Shown here one piece after another: positions 1-7,338 of a DNA stretch of 64,000 nucleotides. Made by a program: the position numbers and the translations under genes. The notes below the pieces were generated by a model, which saw only the letters and a list, made by a program, of their open reading frames with translations, had not been told where the DNA came from and ran no database searches. The stretch's first letter is position 1. Every line of letters begins with the position of its first letter. This DNA is from a bacterium. GTDB taxonomy: Bacteria > Actinomycetota > Acidimicrobiia > Acidimicrobiales > CATQHL01. The stretch spans positions 16,719 to 80,718 of the forward strand of contig JAPPDX010000070.1 in assembly GCA_028824415.1 (NCBI GenBank). Reading direction: 5' to 3'.

Positions 1-1
1 C

Positions 2-226
2 AACGACGACGCCTTCTTCGTCCGCCACGCCTACTTCAGCGGCGGTGGCGTCGATCCCTTCGACTCGCTCAAGCGGACCCTCCGCTCCGAAATCAACCTC
101 GAAGCCTGGGAAGCCCTCTACCGCACCGAGTCCCTACCCTTCCCCCGACCCGCCACCAACAAGATCGCCGTCAAGGCCATCAACCACTACGGCGACGAGG
201 CGCTACGCGTCTTCACGTTGCACTGA
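2..226 (+). CDS. DNA methyltransferase (N6-adenine/N4-cytosine type), C-terminal 74 codons only; gene starts upstream of window
   Basis: Frame 2 is open from the window edge to TGA 224-226. It is absent from the ORF track because there is no start codon in the window. The translation NDDAFFVRHAYFSGGGVDPFDSLKRTLRSEINLEAWEALYRTESLPFPRPATNKIAVKAINHYGDEALRVFTLH matches, from memory, the conserved C-terminal tail (..kIAVKvINhyGDEv..) of Mod-like DNA amino-methyltransferases. Needs an HMM check. Confidence 0.5.
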   Translation, partial: NDDAFFVRHAYFSGGGVDPFDSLKRTLRSEINLEAWEALYRTESLPFPRPATNKIAVKAINHYGDEALRVFTLH

Positions 227-247
227 GATTCGATCCCGACAAGTTCA

Positions 248-1147
248 ATGCCACGGACAAAGAAACAACACCTCGTCTCAGTCACTCTACTCAAGCGATG
301 GACAAAGAACGCCAGATTGAGACAAGTAGACTTGAAGACTCGAAAGCATAGTCTCGCGGTCCCGAACAAGGTCGCCTATTCGCGAGACTTCTCAACTCCT
401 ATCCAAGTACAACACACAGAAGAAGTGTGGCATGAGATTGAGTCGAGAGCTGGCGTCGCTCTGAAGAAAATATCAGAAGGTCGTCAATTTGATAGAGTTG
501 CAGTGACGGACCTAATCGCTCTTCATCTAGTACGAAGTCATGACATGATCGACGCGTGCCACAATCTCTTCAACAGCTACGAGCCGATTACACGTCTTCG
601 CAATCTGAGCTTCGAAGACTTGCAAAGGCACGCTTTGGAACGCACCGGCCTATACATCGTAGGTCCTGAGGGTGCCCTTATGGAACAGCAAGTGGTCACA
701 GAGCAGATTTACAAGCACTTTCGCGAAGATCTGTCCGAACACCTCCCGAAGCTACTAGCACAAGTGCAGGGATATTTCCGAAGCCTGAACCTAGAAATCA
801 TGACGTGCAACTCCGCTGGTGAACTAGTCATCGGAGACACTCCCGCTATCCCGATTGACTGGACAGGTACACGGACCGGCCTGGAATCAGGGGTATGGTT
901 ACGTGACGCGGCGGCTGTGTTCATGCCCTTGACGCCGACGATTCTAGCGTCGGTCGGGCTAGCAGAAGGCACAACATCACTCACCAGCAACGCGATCACC
1001 AGATTGAACCTAATGCAATGCCAACGCGCTACAAGACGAGTCTTTTGTTCCCCCGGCTCTGGGCTCCACAGATGGATACTGGACGAACATAAGAAGGTGC
1101 TCGACTCATTGGACAACCAAGGCATCGGCACTGAGGCCTCACAGTGA
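248..1147 (+). CDS. DUF4238-like protein (function unknown), low-G+C inserted gene
   Basis: ATG 248, 299 aa. KKQHLVSVTLLKRW near the N-terminus, then VWHEIESRAGVALKKI and LIALHLVRSHD, resemble the DUF4238 pattern (HYVPQFYLxxF ... iE ... fiaxQxxR). Hand-counted G+C is ~50% against ~70-75% in the flanks. It starts 21 nt after the methyltransferase stop. Its TGA (1145-1147) overlaps the next gene's GTG (GTGA). Confidence 0.7.
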   Translation: MPRTKKQHLVSVTLLKRWTKNARLRQVDLKTRKHSLAVPNKVAYSRDFSTPIQVQHTEEVWHEIESRAGVALKKISEGRQFDRVAVTDLIALHLVRSHDMIDACHNLFNSYEPITRLRNLSFEDLQRHALERTGLYIVGPEGALMEQQVVTEQIYKHFREDLSEHLPKLLAQVQGYFRSLNLEIMTCNSAGELVIGDTPAIPIDWTGTRTGLESGVWLRDAAAVFMPLTPTILASVGLAEGTTSLTSNAITRLNLMQCQRATRRVFCSPGSGLHRWILDEHKKVLDSLDNQGIGTEASQ

Positions 1148-2019
1148 CGACGCATCACACCAACGCCTTCCCCGACCTGGATCGTGACCTGCGGTTCATC
1201 CCGTTGGGTGTCGAGGAGCCGCGGGTGCTGTCGCCCACCCAGGTTCGCCGGTACAACGAGGTGGGTCATCTGTTCCCCATCGACATCTTCTCGCCGGGCG
1301 AGATCGCCGAGATCCGGGCCTACATCGATGACCTGTTGCCCAAGGCGCTGGCGGCGGGGTGGAACAGCTACGAGGTGGTCAACTGGCACAAGAGCTGTCG
1401 GGGCATCTGGGACATCGTGACCGAGCCCCGCATCATCGACGTTGTCGCGGACCTGCTGGGCGACTCGGTGATCCTGCGCCACAGCCACCTGTTCGCCAAG
1501 CTGCCCGGCGACGCCAAGCGGGTCGCCTGGCACCAGGACGCCTCCTACTGGCCGCTGTCGCCCAGCCGGGTGGTCACCGCCTGGCTGGCCATCGACGACG
1601 TCGACGTCGACAACTCCGCCATGCAGGTCATCCCCCGCTCACACCACCACGCCCAACTCGCCTTCCGCGACAGCGCCGCCGCCGAGAACAGCGTGCTGGT
1701 CCAGACCGTGGACGACCCCGGCAACTACGGCGACCCGCCCGTCGCCCTGGAGATGCGGGCCGGACAGATCTCGCTGCACAGCGACTGGATCCTGCACGGC
1801 TCCGAACCCAACCGCTCCAACCGGCGCCGCTGCGGGCTGGCGATGCGCTACCTCTCCGCGGACGTGCGCGCCTACCTCGACTGGAACACCAACTCCATCT
1901 GGTGCCGCGGCACCGACCCCACCGGCCACTGGGCCAACCACCCCCGCCCCGACGGCGAAACAATCCCCACACCCGACAACGCCCCCGACCCCGTCAGAGA
2001 CGCCTCCCTGAGCCGCTAG
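1144..2019 (+). CDS. phytanoyl-CoA dioxygenase (PhyH) family Fe(II)/2-oxoglutarate oxygenase
   Basis: 291 aa. WHQDASYWPL (HxD), a distal His in LHGSEPN and an Arg in NRRRCG are typical of the PhyH family. GC-rich like the backbone. Confidence 0.9.
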   Translation: MTTHHTNAFPDLDRDLRFIPLGVEEPRVLSPTQVRRYNEVGHLFPIDIFSPGEIAEIRAYIDDLLPKALAAGWNSYEVVNWHKSCRGIWDIVTEPRIIDVVADLLGDSVILRHSHLFAKLPGDAKRVAWHQDASYWPLSPSRVVTAWLAIDDVDVDNSAMQVIPRSHHHAQLAFRDSAAAENSVLVQTVDDPGNYGDPPVALEMRAGQISLHSDWILHGSEPNRSNRRRCGLAMRYLSADVRAYLDWNTNSIWCRGTDPTGHWANHPRPDGETIPTPDNAPDPVRDASLSR

Positions 2020-2026
2020 GGCCGAC
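1383..2026 (+). repeat. left copy of a 644-bp direct repeat (3' two-thirds of the PhyH gene plus 7 nt past the stop)
   Basis: Base-by-base comparison with 3241-3884 at a constant offset of 1858 nt. There are 0 differences over 1383-1640 and 14 substitutions over 1641-2019, with no indels. Confidence 0.95.
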
Positions 2027-2116
2027 GCCCCGTCGGCTGGGACAGAACTGGTACCGTCTCCTGAAGTCAGCCCGGAAGGCACATGAGCTTGTTCTGCACA
2101 TCACGGGGAGGCCACA

Positions 2117-3238
2117 GTGCAGCATTTCCTAGACCTCTTTACGCCCGAGACGTGGGACAAATATCGCTCGTCAGATCAAACCGTGACCGGCTTCCGGGTG
2201 CGCCAGCGCCGAATTGCAAACGAGCGGGTCAAGGAGGGGGATCTCCTGCTTTGCTGGCTCACCCGCATCTCGCGGTGGTGTGGCGTACTTGAAGTCACGT
2301 CGGAGGCATACGAAGACGAGAGTCCGATATTCGACGATCCAGATCCCTTCATTGTGCGATTCAAGGTAAAGCCCCTAGTCGTCTTGGATGCCGAGTTGTC
2401 GATTCCAATTCGAGAAGACGCCGTATGGAACGGTCTTACAATCACCAAGAAACATGAGAAGGACTACCGGTACTGGTCAGGGCCATTTCGTAGATCTCTA
2501 TATCATTTTGCTGATCCAGATGGCAGACTGCTGGTCAAGCTGCTCCGAGCGCAACAGGAAAGTCGTAGGACCTATCCGCTCTCGCAGAGCGAAGTCAAGA
2601 AACTCGCAGCTCCCAAAGTCCATTCCCCCCGCGGGGAGGTGGAAGTCGAAATTCCTGAGATTGAAGACCCAGAAGAGTCCCCGGAGGAAGCGCCAGCTGC
2701 CTCCAGCCAGGATGACGTGCGGGAGTCGATTCGGGTACAGGCAAGTGTGGCGGAGATCGGCGCCAAGATGGGCTTTGAGATTTGGGTGCCAAACGCGGAT
2801 CGTTCTCTGGTCATCTCTCAAGTCCCTGAATCGCTTCACAGCTCATTCTTGAAGAAGTTGCCACTTAATTACGAGGCCAACACTCTCCGGACTGTTGAAC
2901 AGATTGATGTGCTGTGGCTGAAGGGGCGTGCGATGGTACGCGCCTTCGAAATCGAACACACGACGGCGATCTACTCGGGGATCCTGCGAATGGCCGACTT
3001 GTTGGCCTTGCAGCCCAACATCGACATCCGCTTGAACATCGTGGCGCCGGAAGAAAAGCGCAACAAGGTCTTCGCAGAGATCAGGAGGCCCGTGTTCTCG
3101 CTTCTGGAGGGCAGACTCCTGCGCGAACAGTGTGCCTACCTGTCCTACGACTCAATCAAGAAAGTCAGCGCGGAGAAGTTTCTGTCGCACATGAACGACA
3201 CAATCATTGAAGAATACGAAGAGTTCGCCGACGTCTAG
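2117..3238 (+). CDS. EVE/PUA-like reader domain fused to a PD-(D/E)xK-type nuclease domain; putative modification-dependent (type IV-like) restriction enzyme
   Basis: GTG 2117 with a GGGGAGG SD 6 nt upstream; 373 aa. The N-terminal ~130 aa (KEGDLLLCWLTRISRWCGVLEVTSEAYEDESPIFDDPDPFIVRFKVKPLV) looks like an EVE/ASCH-type PUA fold. An acidic linker follows. The C-terminal ~160 aa carries IDVLWLKGRAMVRAFEIEHTTAIYSGILRMADL, a D...ExE-type nuclease core. Hand-counted G+C is ~47-50%. Confidence 0.7.
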   Translation: MQHFLDLFTPETWDKYRSSDQTVTGFRVRQRRIANERVKEGDLLLCWLTRISRWCGVLEVTSEAYEDESPIFDDPDPFIVRFKVKPLVVLDAELSIPIREDAVWNGLTITKKHEKDYRYWSGPFRRSLYHFADPDGRLLVKLLRAQQESRRTYPLSQSEVKKLAAPKVHSPRGEVEVEIPEIEDPEESPEEAPAASSQDDVRESIRVQASVAEIGAKMGFEIWVPNADRSLVISQVPESLHSSFLKKLPLNYEANTLRTVEQIDVLWLKGRAMVRAFEIEHTTAIYSGILRMADLLALQPNIDIRLNIVAPEEKRNKVFAEIRRPVFSLLEGRLLREQCAYLSYDSIKKVSAEKFLSHMNDTIIEEYEEFADV

Positions 3239-3240
3239 CT

Positions 3241-3877
3241 CTGGCACAAGAGCTGTCGGGGCATCTGGGACATCGTGACCGAGCCCCGCATCATCGACGT
3301 TGTCGCGGACCTGCTGGGCGACTCGGTGATCCTGCGCCACAGCCACCTGTTCGCCAAGCTGCCCGGCGACGCCAAGCGGGTCGCCTGGCACCAGGACGCC
3401 TCCTACTGGCCGCTGTCGCCCAGCCGGGTGGTCACCGCCTGGCTGGCCATCGACGACGTCGACGTCGACAACTCCGCCATGCAGGTCATCCCCCGCTCGC
3501 ACCACCACGCCCAACTCGCCTTCCGCGACAGCACCACAGCCGAGAACAGCGTGCTGGTCCAGACCGTGGACGACCCCGGCAACTACGGCGACCCGCCCGT
3601 CGCCCTGGAGATGCGGGCCGGACAGATCTCGCTGCACAGCGACTGGATCCTGCACGGCTCCGAACCCAACCGCTCCGACCGGCGCCGCTGCGGGCTGGCG
3701 ATGCGCTACCTCTCCGCGGACGTGCGCGCCTACCTCGACTGGAACACCAACTCCATCTGGTGCCGCGGCACCGACCCCACCGGCCACTGGGCCAACCACC
3801 CCCGCCCACCCGGCGAACACATCCCCACCCCCGACAACGCCCCCGACCCCGTCAGAGACGCCTCCCTCACCCGCTAG
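3241..3877 (+). pseudogene. 5'-truncated second copy of the PhyH dioxygenase (about codons 81-291); an internal GTG at 3275 could give a 200-aa product
   Basis: It lacks the first ~80 codons but retains WHQD, the distal His and the Arg. It differs from copy 1 by 6 aa. It is in the same reading frame as the upstream EVE-nuclease ORF, separated only by TAG 3236-3238 plus one codon. Confidence 0.65.
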
Positions 3878-3884
3878 GGCCGGC
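3241..3884 (+). repeat. right copy of the 644-bp direct repeat
   Basis: See the left copy. It begins 2 nt after the TAG of the EVE-nuclease gene. Similarity to copy 1 ends 7 nt after the PhyH stop. Confidence 0.95.
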
Positions 3885-3920
3885 GGCGGGGGTGGGCCGG
3901 CTCTGTGGAGCCGTCCCGAT

Positions 3921-4277
3921 TCAGGCGACTTGCGTGCTCCCGGTGGTCCCTGCGGCCGGGAGGCCGGAGGTCACAGGCGGGTCCTCTCGCCGGCTTCCGG
4001 GGGGACTGGTGGACACCATCTCCTGCAGTCGGGCGGAGACGAGCGATGCGTCCGGAACGCTTCCGGCGAGGAGGTCCGTGACGTGCGGAACCCAACTCGG
4101 ATCGGTCACGGTGAGCACCTCGATGCCGACGATGTTGTCCGAGCCGTCCCGATCCACATGGAGTGACGCGGTGAGCGAGTCGGTTCGGGCCACGTCGCCG
4201 TCACCGATCCGGATGTAACCGCAGTCGCTCTCGCTGTCGTACGAGTACCGCAGAGTGCTCACGTCGCTCAACTCCAC
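3921..4277 (-). CDS. DUF2283-like small protein
   Basis: LRYSYDSESDCGYIRIGDGDVARTDSL...HVDRDGSDNIVGIEVL fits the DUF2283 pattern (YDxeaDalYIrl...D.d..G.ivGIEiL). Start set at GTG 4277; an alternative GTG lies 5 codons later. The long N-terminal extension in the ORF track (to 4481) was rejected. Confidence 0.55.
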   Translation of the reverse strand: MELSDVSTLRYSYDSESDCGYIRIGDGDVARTDSLTASLHVDRDGSDNIVGIEVLTVTDPSWVPHVTDLLAGSVPDASLVSARLQEMVSTSPPGSRREDPPVTSGLPAAGTTGSTQVA

Positions 4278-4314
4278 ATCGCTGTGATGACGAGGATCGT
4301 CCGTCGGTCGGTGA

Positions 4315-4485
4315 TCACCGTGCGATCTCCGCGAGAGCGGTCTGCACGCGCTTCCGTGCCCGCGGGTCTGCCTCCACCTCGGCGTAGAAGTCGCGAGGGG
4401 TGATCTTGTGCTGCCACGCGTCAGGAGGAACCTCGTCGGTCGAGGCGTCATCCGAGGGCAGTCGTCTCTGTCGTGTCTCATCCAT
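4315..4485 (-). CDS. hypothetical small protein (56 aa)
   Basis: ATG 4485 with GGGAGG ~13 nt upstream. It sits 38 nt upstream of the DUF2283 gene on the same strand. No recognisable motif. Confidence 0.3.
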   Translation of the reverse strand: MDETRQRRLPSDDASTDEVPPDAWQHKITPRDFYAEVEADPRARKRVQTALAEIAR

Positions 4486-4508
4486 GCCGTGCCGGTGCCT
4501 CCCAGGCC

Positions 4509-4543
4509 AGAAAAAGAAAGGCCCGGCCCCCGCAGGGACCGGG
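4509..4543 (-). terminator. intrinsic terminator downstream of the NYN gene
   Basis: The minus strand reads CCCGGUCCC-UGCG-GGGGCCGGG (9-bp stem including one G-U pair, 4-nt loop), followed by CCUUUCUUUUUCU. Confidence 0.6.
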
Positions 4544-4611
4544 TCAGTTATGGCAAGTATAGCCAACTGGCCTCTCTCGGCGCGAGCTTCCGAGGATGGT
4601 CTGCGCGGCTG

Positions 4612-5262
4612 TTACCAGCCCGCTGGCTTCCGAACACCGCCCACGACCTCCGGCAACTGATCGTCGAAGAAGTCCTCGGCCGTGAGCCGGTACCACCAGT
4701 GCCCGCCCACACCGTCGTTTGGCTCACCCCTGAGATGTCTCGCAGTAGACCGTCCCCGCGGATTCGCCGTGCCCGTCGGCACATGGATCCGAGCATGCTG
4801 CGCCGGTAGGCGCAAGTCGCCGTCGTTCGAGACCAACACCGCCGCGTCGATCGCCTCGGTGTGAATGTCGATCAGTAGATGCGACGCCACGTTGACGTCG
4901 GAACCCTTCTCATTGGGAACCTCGCGGGTCTCGCGTACGCCGTCTTCGCCGGCCTGCCTGTGGACCTTGCGCAGCGCAAAGTGTCCCAACTCGATCGTGA
5001 TCCGGTCGTCCGCGCGCAGCGCGGCCAGGTAGGCCTCCTGGCAGTGGCGGCCATCCGGGTCGACCTCGCCCCTGATCAGCGCTGTGCAGTACACGAGGCG
5101 ATGCAACGTGGCGCCCTTCGCCGTCCACGCAGCGTTCCTTGCGATCATCCGTTCGACCGATGCTGCCAGGTCGAACCAGCGCCAGCCGGACGCGTCGCGG
5201 CCGCAAAGGTGTCTCCCGCCGTAGTAGACGTTCAGGCCGTCAACGTACGCTCCGACTCGCAA
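4612..5262 (-). CDS. NYN (LabA-like) domain protein, predicted RNase
   Basis: 216 aa. VGAYVDGLNVYY ... KGSDVNVASHLLIDIHTEAIDAAVLVSNDGDL is the NYN/PIN-like acidic-residue pattern. Confidence 0.8.
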   Translation of the reverse strand: MRVGAYVDGLNVYYGGRHLCGRDASGWRWFDLAASVERMIARNAAWTAKGATLHRLVYCTALIRGEVDPDGRHCQEAYLAALRADDRITIELGHFALRKVHRQAGEDGVRETREVPNEKGSDVNVASHLLIDIHTEAIDAAVLVSNDGDLRLPAQHARIHVPTGTANPRGRSTARHLRGEPNDGVGGHWWYRLTAEDFFDDQLPEVVGGVRKPAGW

Positions 5263-5380
5263 GTCGCCCAGACTAACGACGATCTTTCACCATCGGAGAA
5301 ATATACTCATAGCGCGAGTTATACGCTTGGGTCACCATTAGAGTGCGCGCACAGGACCGTTGAGGCGGCTGGGGGATGAG

Positions 5381-5548
5381 ATGGGCGAGAAGCGGCTTGT
5401 CGTTCGGAATCGACACGGCGATTGGGAGGTGCGCATCCCCGGAGCGCACAAGCCGGTGTCGCAGCACGGGTCGCTCGACGACGCCAGGCGAGCGGCGAAG
5501 GAGTTCGTGGCCAAATCCGGAGGCGGCGAGGTAGTCGTCCACGTCTGA
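5381..5548 (+). CDS. DUF2188-like small protein
   Basis: ATG 5381 with a GGGGGA SD. RHGDWEVRIPGAHKPVSQHGSLDDARRAAKEFVAKSGGGEVVVH fits the DUF2188 pattern (W.V....+..s.h.tk.eA...A+..A...g.e+.+H). Confidence 0.65.
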   Translation: MGEKRLVVRNRHGDWEVRIPGAHKPVSQHGSLDDARRAAKEFVAKSGGGEVVVHV

Positions 5549-5601
5549 TCTCCGGCAGCCGGCGGGCGGGTTGTCCGGATGGTGCGCCTTAGGCTTCGAT
5601 C

Positions 5602-6678
5602 GTGGTCGGTGCGGACTTGCCGCAGTTCTTCAAGGACCCGGAGCCGTTCATCTGTCATCCCGATGGCGCTCTGGAGACTCGGCTTGAACTCCAGCAAGGC
5701 TTGATCACGCCGAATCGGCTCTTCTATGTGCTGCACAACGGGGGGCGGGGCGCCGATGTCGACGTCTCGACGTGGCGCCTGCGCGTGGAGGGCGACGCTG
5801 TCGGGCGACCGCTGGACATCACCTACGAGGACATCCGGGGCATGCCCAGCCGCAGCCTCGTGTGCTACCTGGAGTGTGCCGGCAACCACCGGGCGATGTT
5901 CGATCTCCTGAAGGGTCGGCCCGCGGGAAGCCCGCCGTGGGGTACCGGCGCCGTCGGCAACGCGGAATGGACCGGCGTGTCGCTGAGGCACGTGCTGGCC
6001 GAGGCGGGGATCGCCGACAGCGCGGTCAGCGTGCTGCTGGTGGGCCTCGACGCCACCGCACCCGAAGGCGGGTACCGGAGAGTCCTGCCGGTGCACAAGG
6101 CGATGCATCCCGACACGCTGCTGGCCTATGAAATGAACGGCGAGGCTCTCCCCCGCGATCACGGTTTCCCGGTGCGGGCCGTGGTGCCCGGTTGGATCGG
6201 CGCCAACAGCATCAAATGGCTCGGGCGCATCGTCGTGTCCGCCGAGCAGATCTGGACGCGCAACAACACCACCAACTACGTGCTGATCGGCGAGGACTAC
6301 CCCGCTGAGGGACCTGCGATGGGCCAGCCGATCACGACCCTGGTGATCAACAGCGCGCTGGCGCTGCCGTGGCCGGCGGAACTGAGCGCGGGCCCGCACC
6401 TGATCCGGGGGTATGCCCGGTCGCCCCACGGTGCCATCACCGGCGTGGAATGGAGCTCCGACTCGGGCGTCACCTGGTCCGGCGCCTCGGTCGAACCATC
6501 GCCGTCGCGGTACTCGTGGTCACCCTTCACGTTCGAGTGGATGGCCGAGCCCGGTGAGCACACCCTCATGACTCGAGCTTTCGACGCCGCCGGCAACACG
6601 CAGCCGGATGAGATCCCGTTCAACAAGCGGGGTTACCTGTTCAACCAGCCGCTCCCCCATCCGATCCGGGTGGGGTGA
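5602..6678 (+). CDS. sulfite oxidase-like molybdopterin oxidoreductase (Mo-binding plus dimerisation domains)
   Basis: 358 aa. YLECAGNHRA (Mo-ligand Cys), GFPVRAVVPGWIGANSIKWL and a C-terminal Ig-like dimerisation region. No obvious Tat signal. Confidence 0.85.
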   Translation: MVGADLPQFFKDPEPFICHPDGALETRLELQQGLITPNRLFYVLHNGGRGADVDVSTWRLRVEGDAVGRPLDITYEDIRGMPSRSLVCYLECAGNHRAMFDLLKGRPAGSPPWGTGAVGNAEWTGVSLRHVLAEAGIADSAVSVLLVGLDATAPEGGYRRVLPVHKAMHPDTLLAYEMNGEALPRDHGFPVRAVVPGWIGANSIKWLGRIVVSAEQIWTRNNTTNYVLIGEDYPAEGPAMGQPITTLVINSALALPWPAELSAGPHLIRGYARSPHGAITGVEWSSDSGVTWSGASVEPSPSRYSWSPFTFEWMAEPGEHTLMTRAFDAAGNTQPDEIPFNKRGYLFNQPLPHPIRVG

Positions 6679-6696
6679 CCGGGCGTTCCGCTGACT

Positions 6697-7134
6697 GTGT
6701 CGGGACGATCTGACGGCGGCGGGGAGCCGAGGCTTCTTGCGGGCGGCAACCCGCAGATTCCCAAGGGTGACGGCGACGCTCCCGTGGCGGCCTATCTGGC
6801 GGCGATGCCAGGCTGGAAGGGCGACATCGGGCGGCGTGTCGATGACCTCATCGTGGGGACCGTGTCCGGCGTGCGCAAGGCCGTGCGGTGGAATTCGCCC
6901 TTCTACGGCCTCGAGGGCGACGGGTGGTTCGCGAGCTACCACTGCCTGACTCGCTGTGTCTGGTTGACGTTCCTGAACGGCCGGTCGCTGCGGCCCGAGC
7001 CGCCCGGGTCGGGCAAGGACGAGGATGCTCGCTGGATCGACATCCCCGAGGGCGGACTCGACGAGGCGCAGCTGGAGGACTGGATCCGCCAGTCGGCCGC
7101 CCTGCCCGGCTGGCGAGGGTTCGAGGTGCTCTGA
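6697..7134 (+). CDS. DUF1801 (YdhG-like) domain protein
   Basis: 145 aa. VAAYLAAMPGWKGDIGRRVDDLI...KAVRWNSPFYGLEG..WF is typical of DUF1801. Confidence 0.7.
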   Translation: MSGRSDGGGEPRLLAGGNPQIPKGDGDAPVAAYLAAMPGWKGDIGRRVDDLIVGTVSGVRKAVRWNSPFYGLEGDGWFASYHCLTRCVWLTFLNGRSLRPEPPGSGKDEDARWIDIPEGGLDEAQLEDWIRQSAALPGWRGFEVL

Positions 7135-7338
7135 GGCCCGGCTCAGCGGTCGCGCAGGCCCTTGCCGTCGAGGATCTTCCGGGCGTACCTCTCGATGAGC
7201 GCCTGGCGGGTCTTGGCCGGCTTGGCTCCGGCGACGTACGGGTTGCACTCGCGACGGACGCTGGCCGCCGGCGGCACTGTCACAACGTCTGCGTATGTTG
7301 TCCAATGTGGCGAGACGGCGATGGGCGGGAGGACCGAG

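Noticed and set aside
45-320. 91-aa plus-strand ORF at the window start
   Set aside because: It is Pro/Ser/Thr-rich and out of frame with the methyltransferase-like tail (frame 2), which has a much more protein-like, recognisable sequence. It also bridges the compositional boundary.
2021-2037. Hairpin GCCGACG-ccc-CGTCGGC just after the PhyH stop as a terminator
   Set aside because: It has a 7-bp stem but no downstream T tract, and the next gene follows on the same strand with its own SD. It may only mark the left edge of the inserted cassette.
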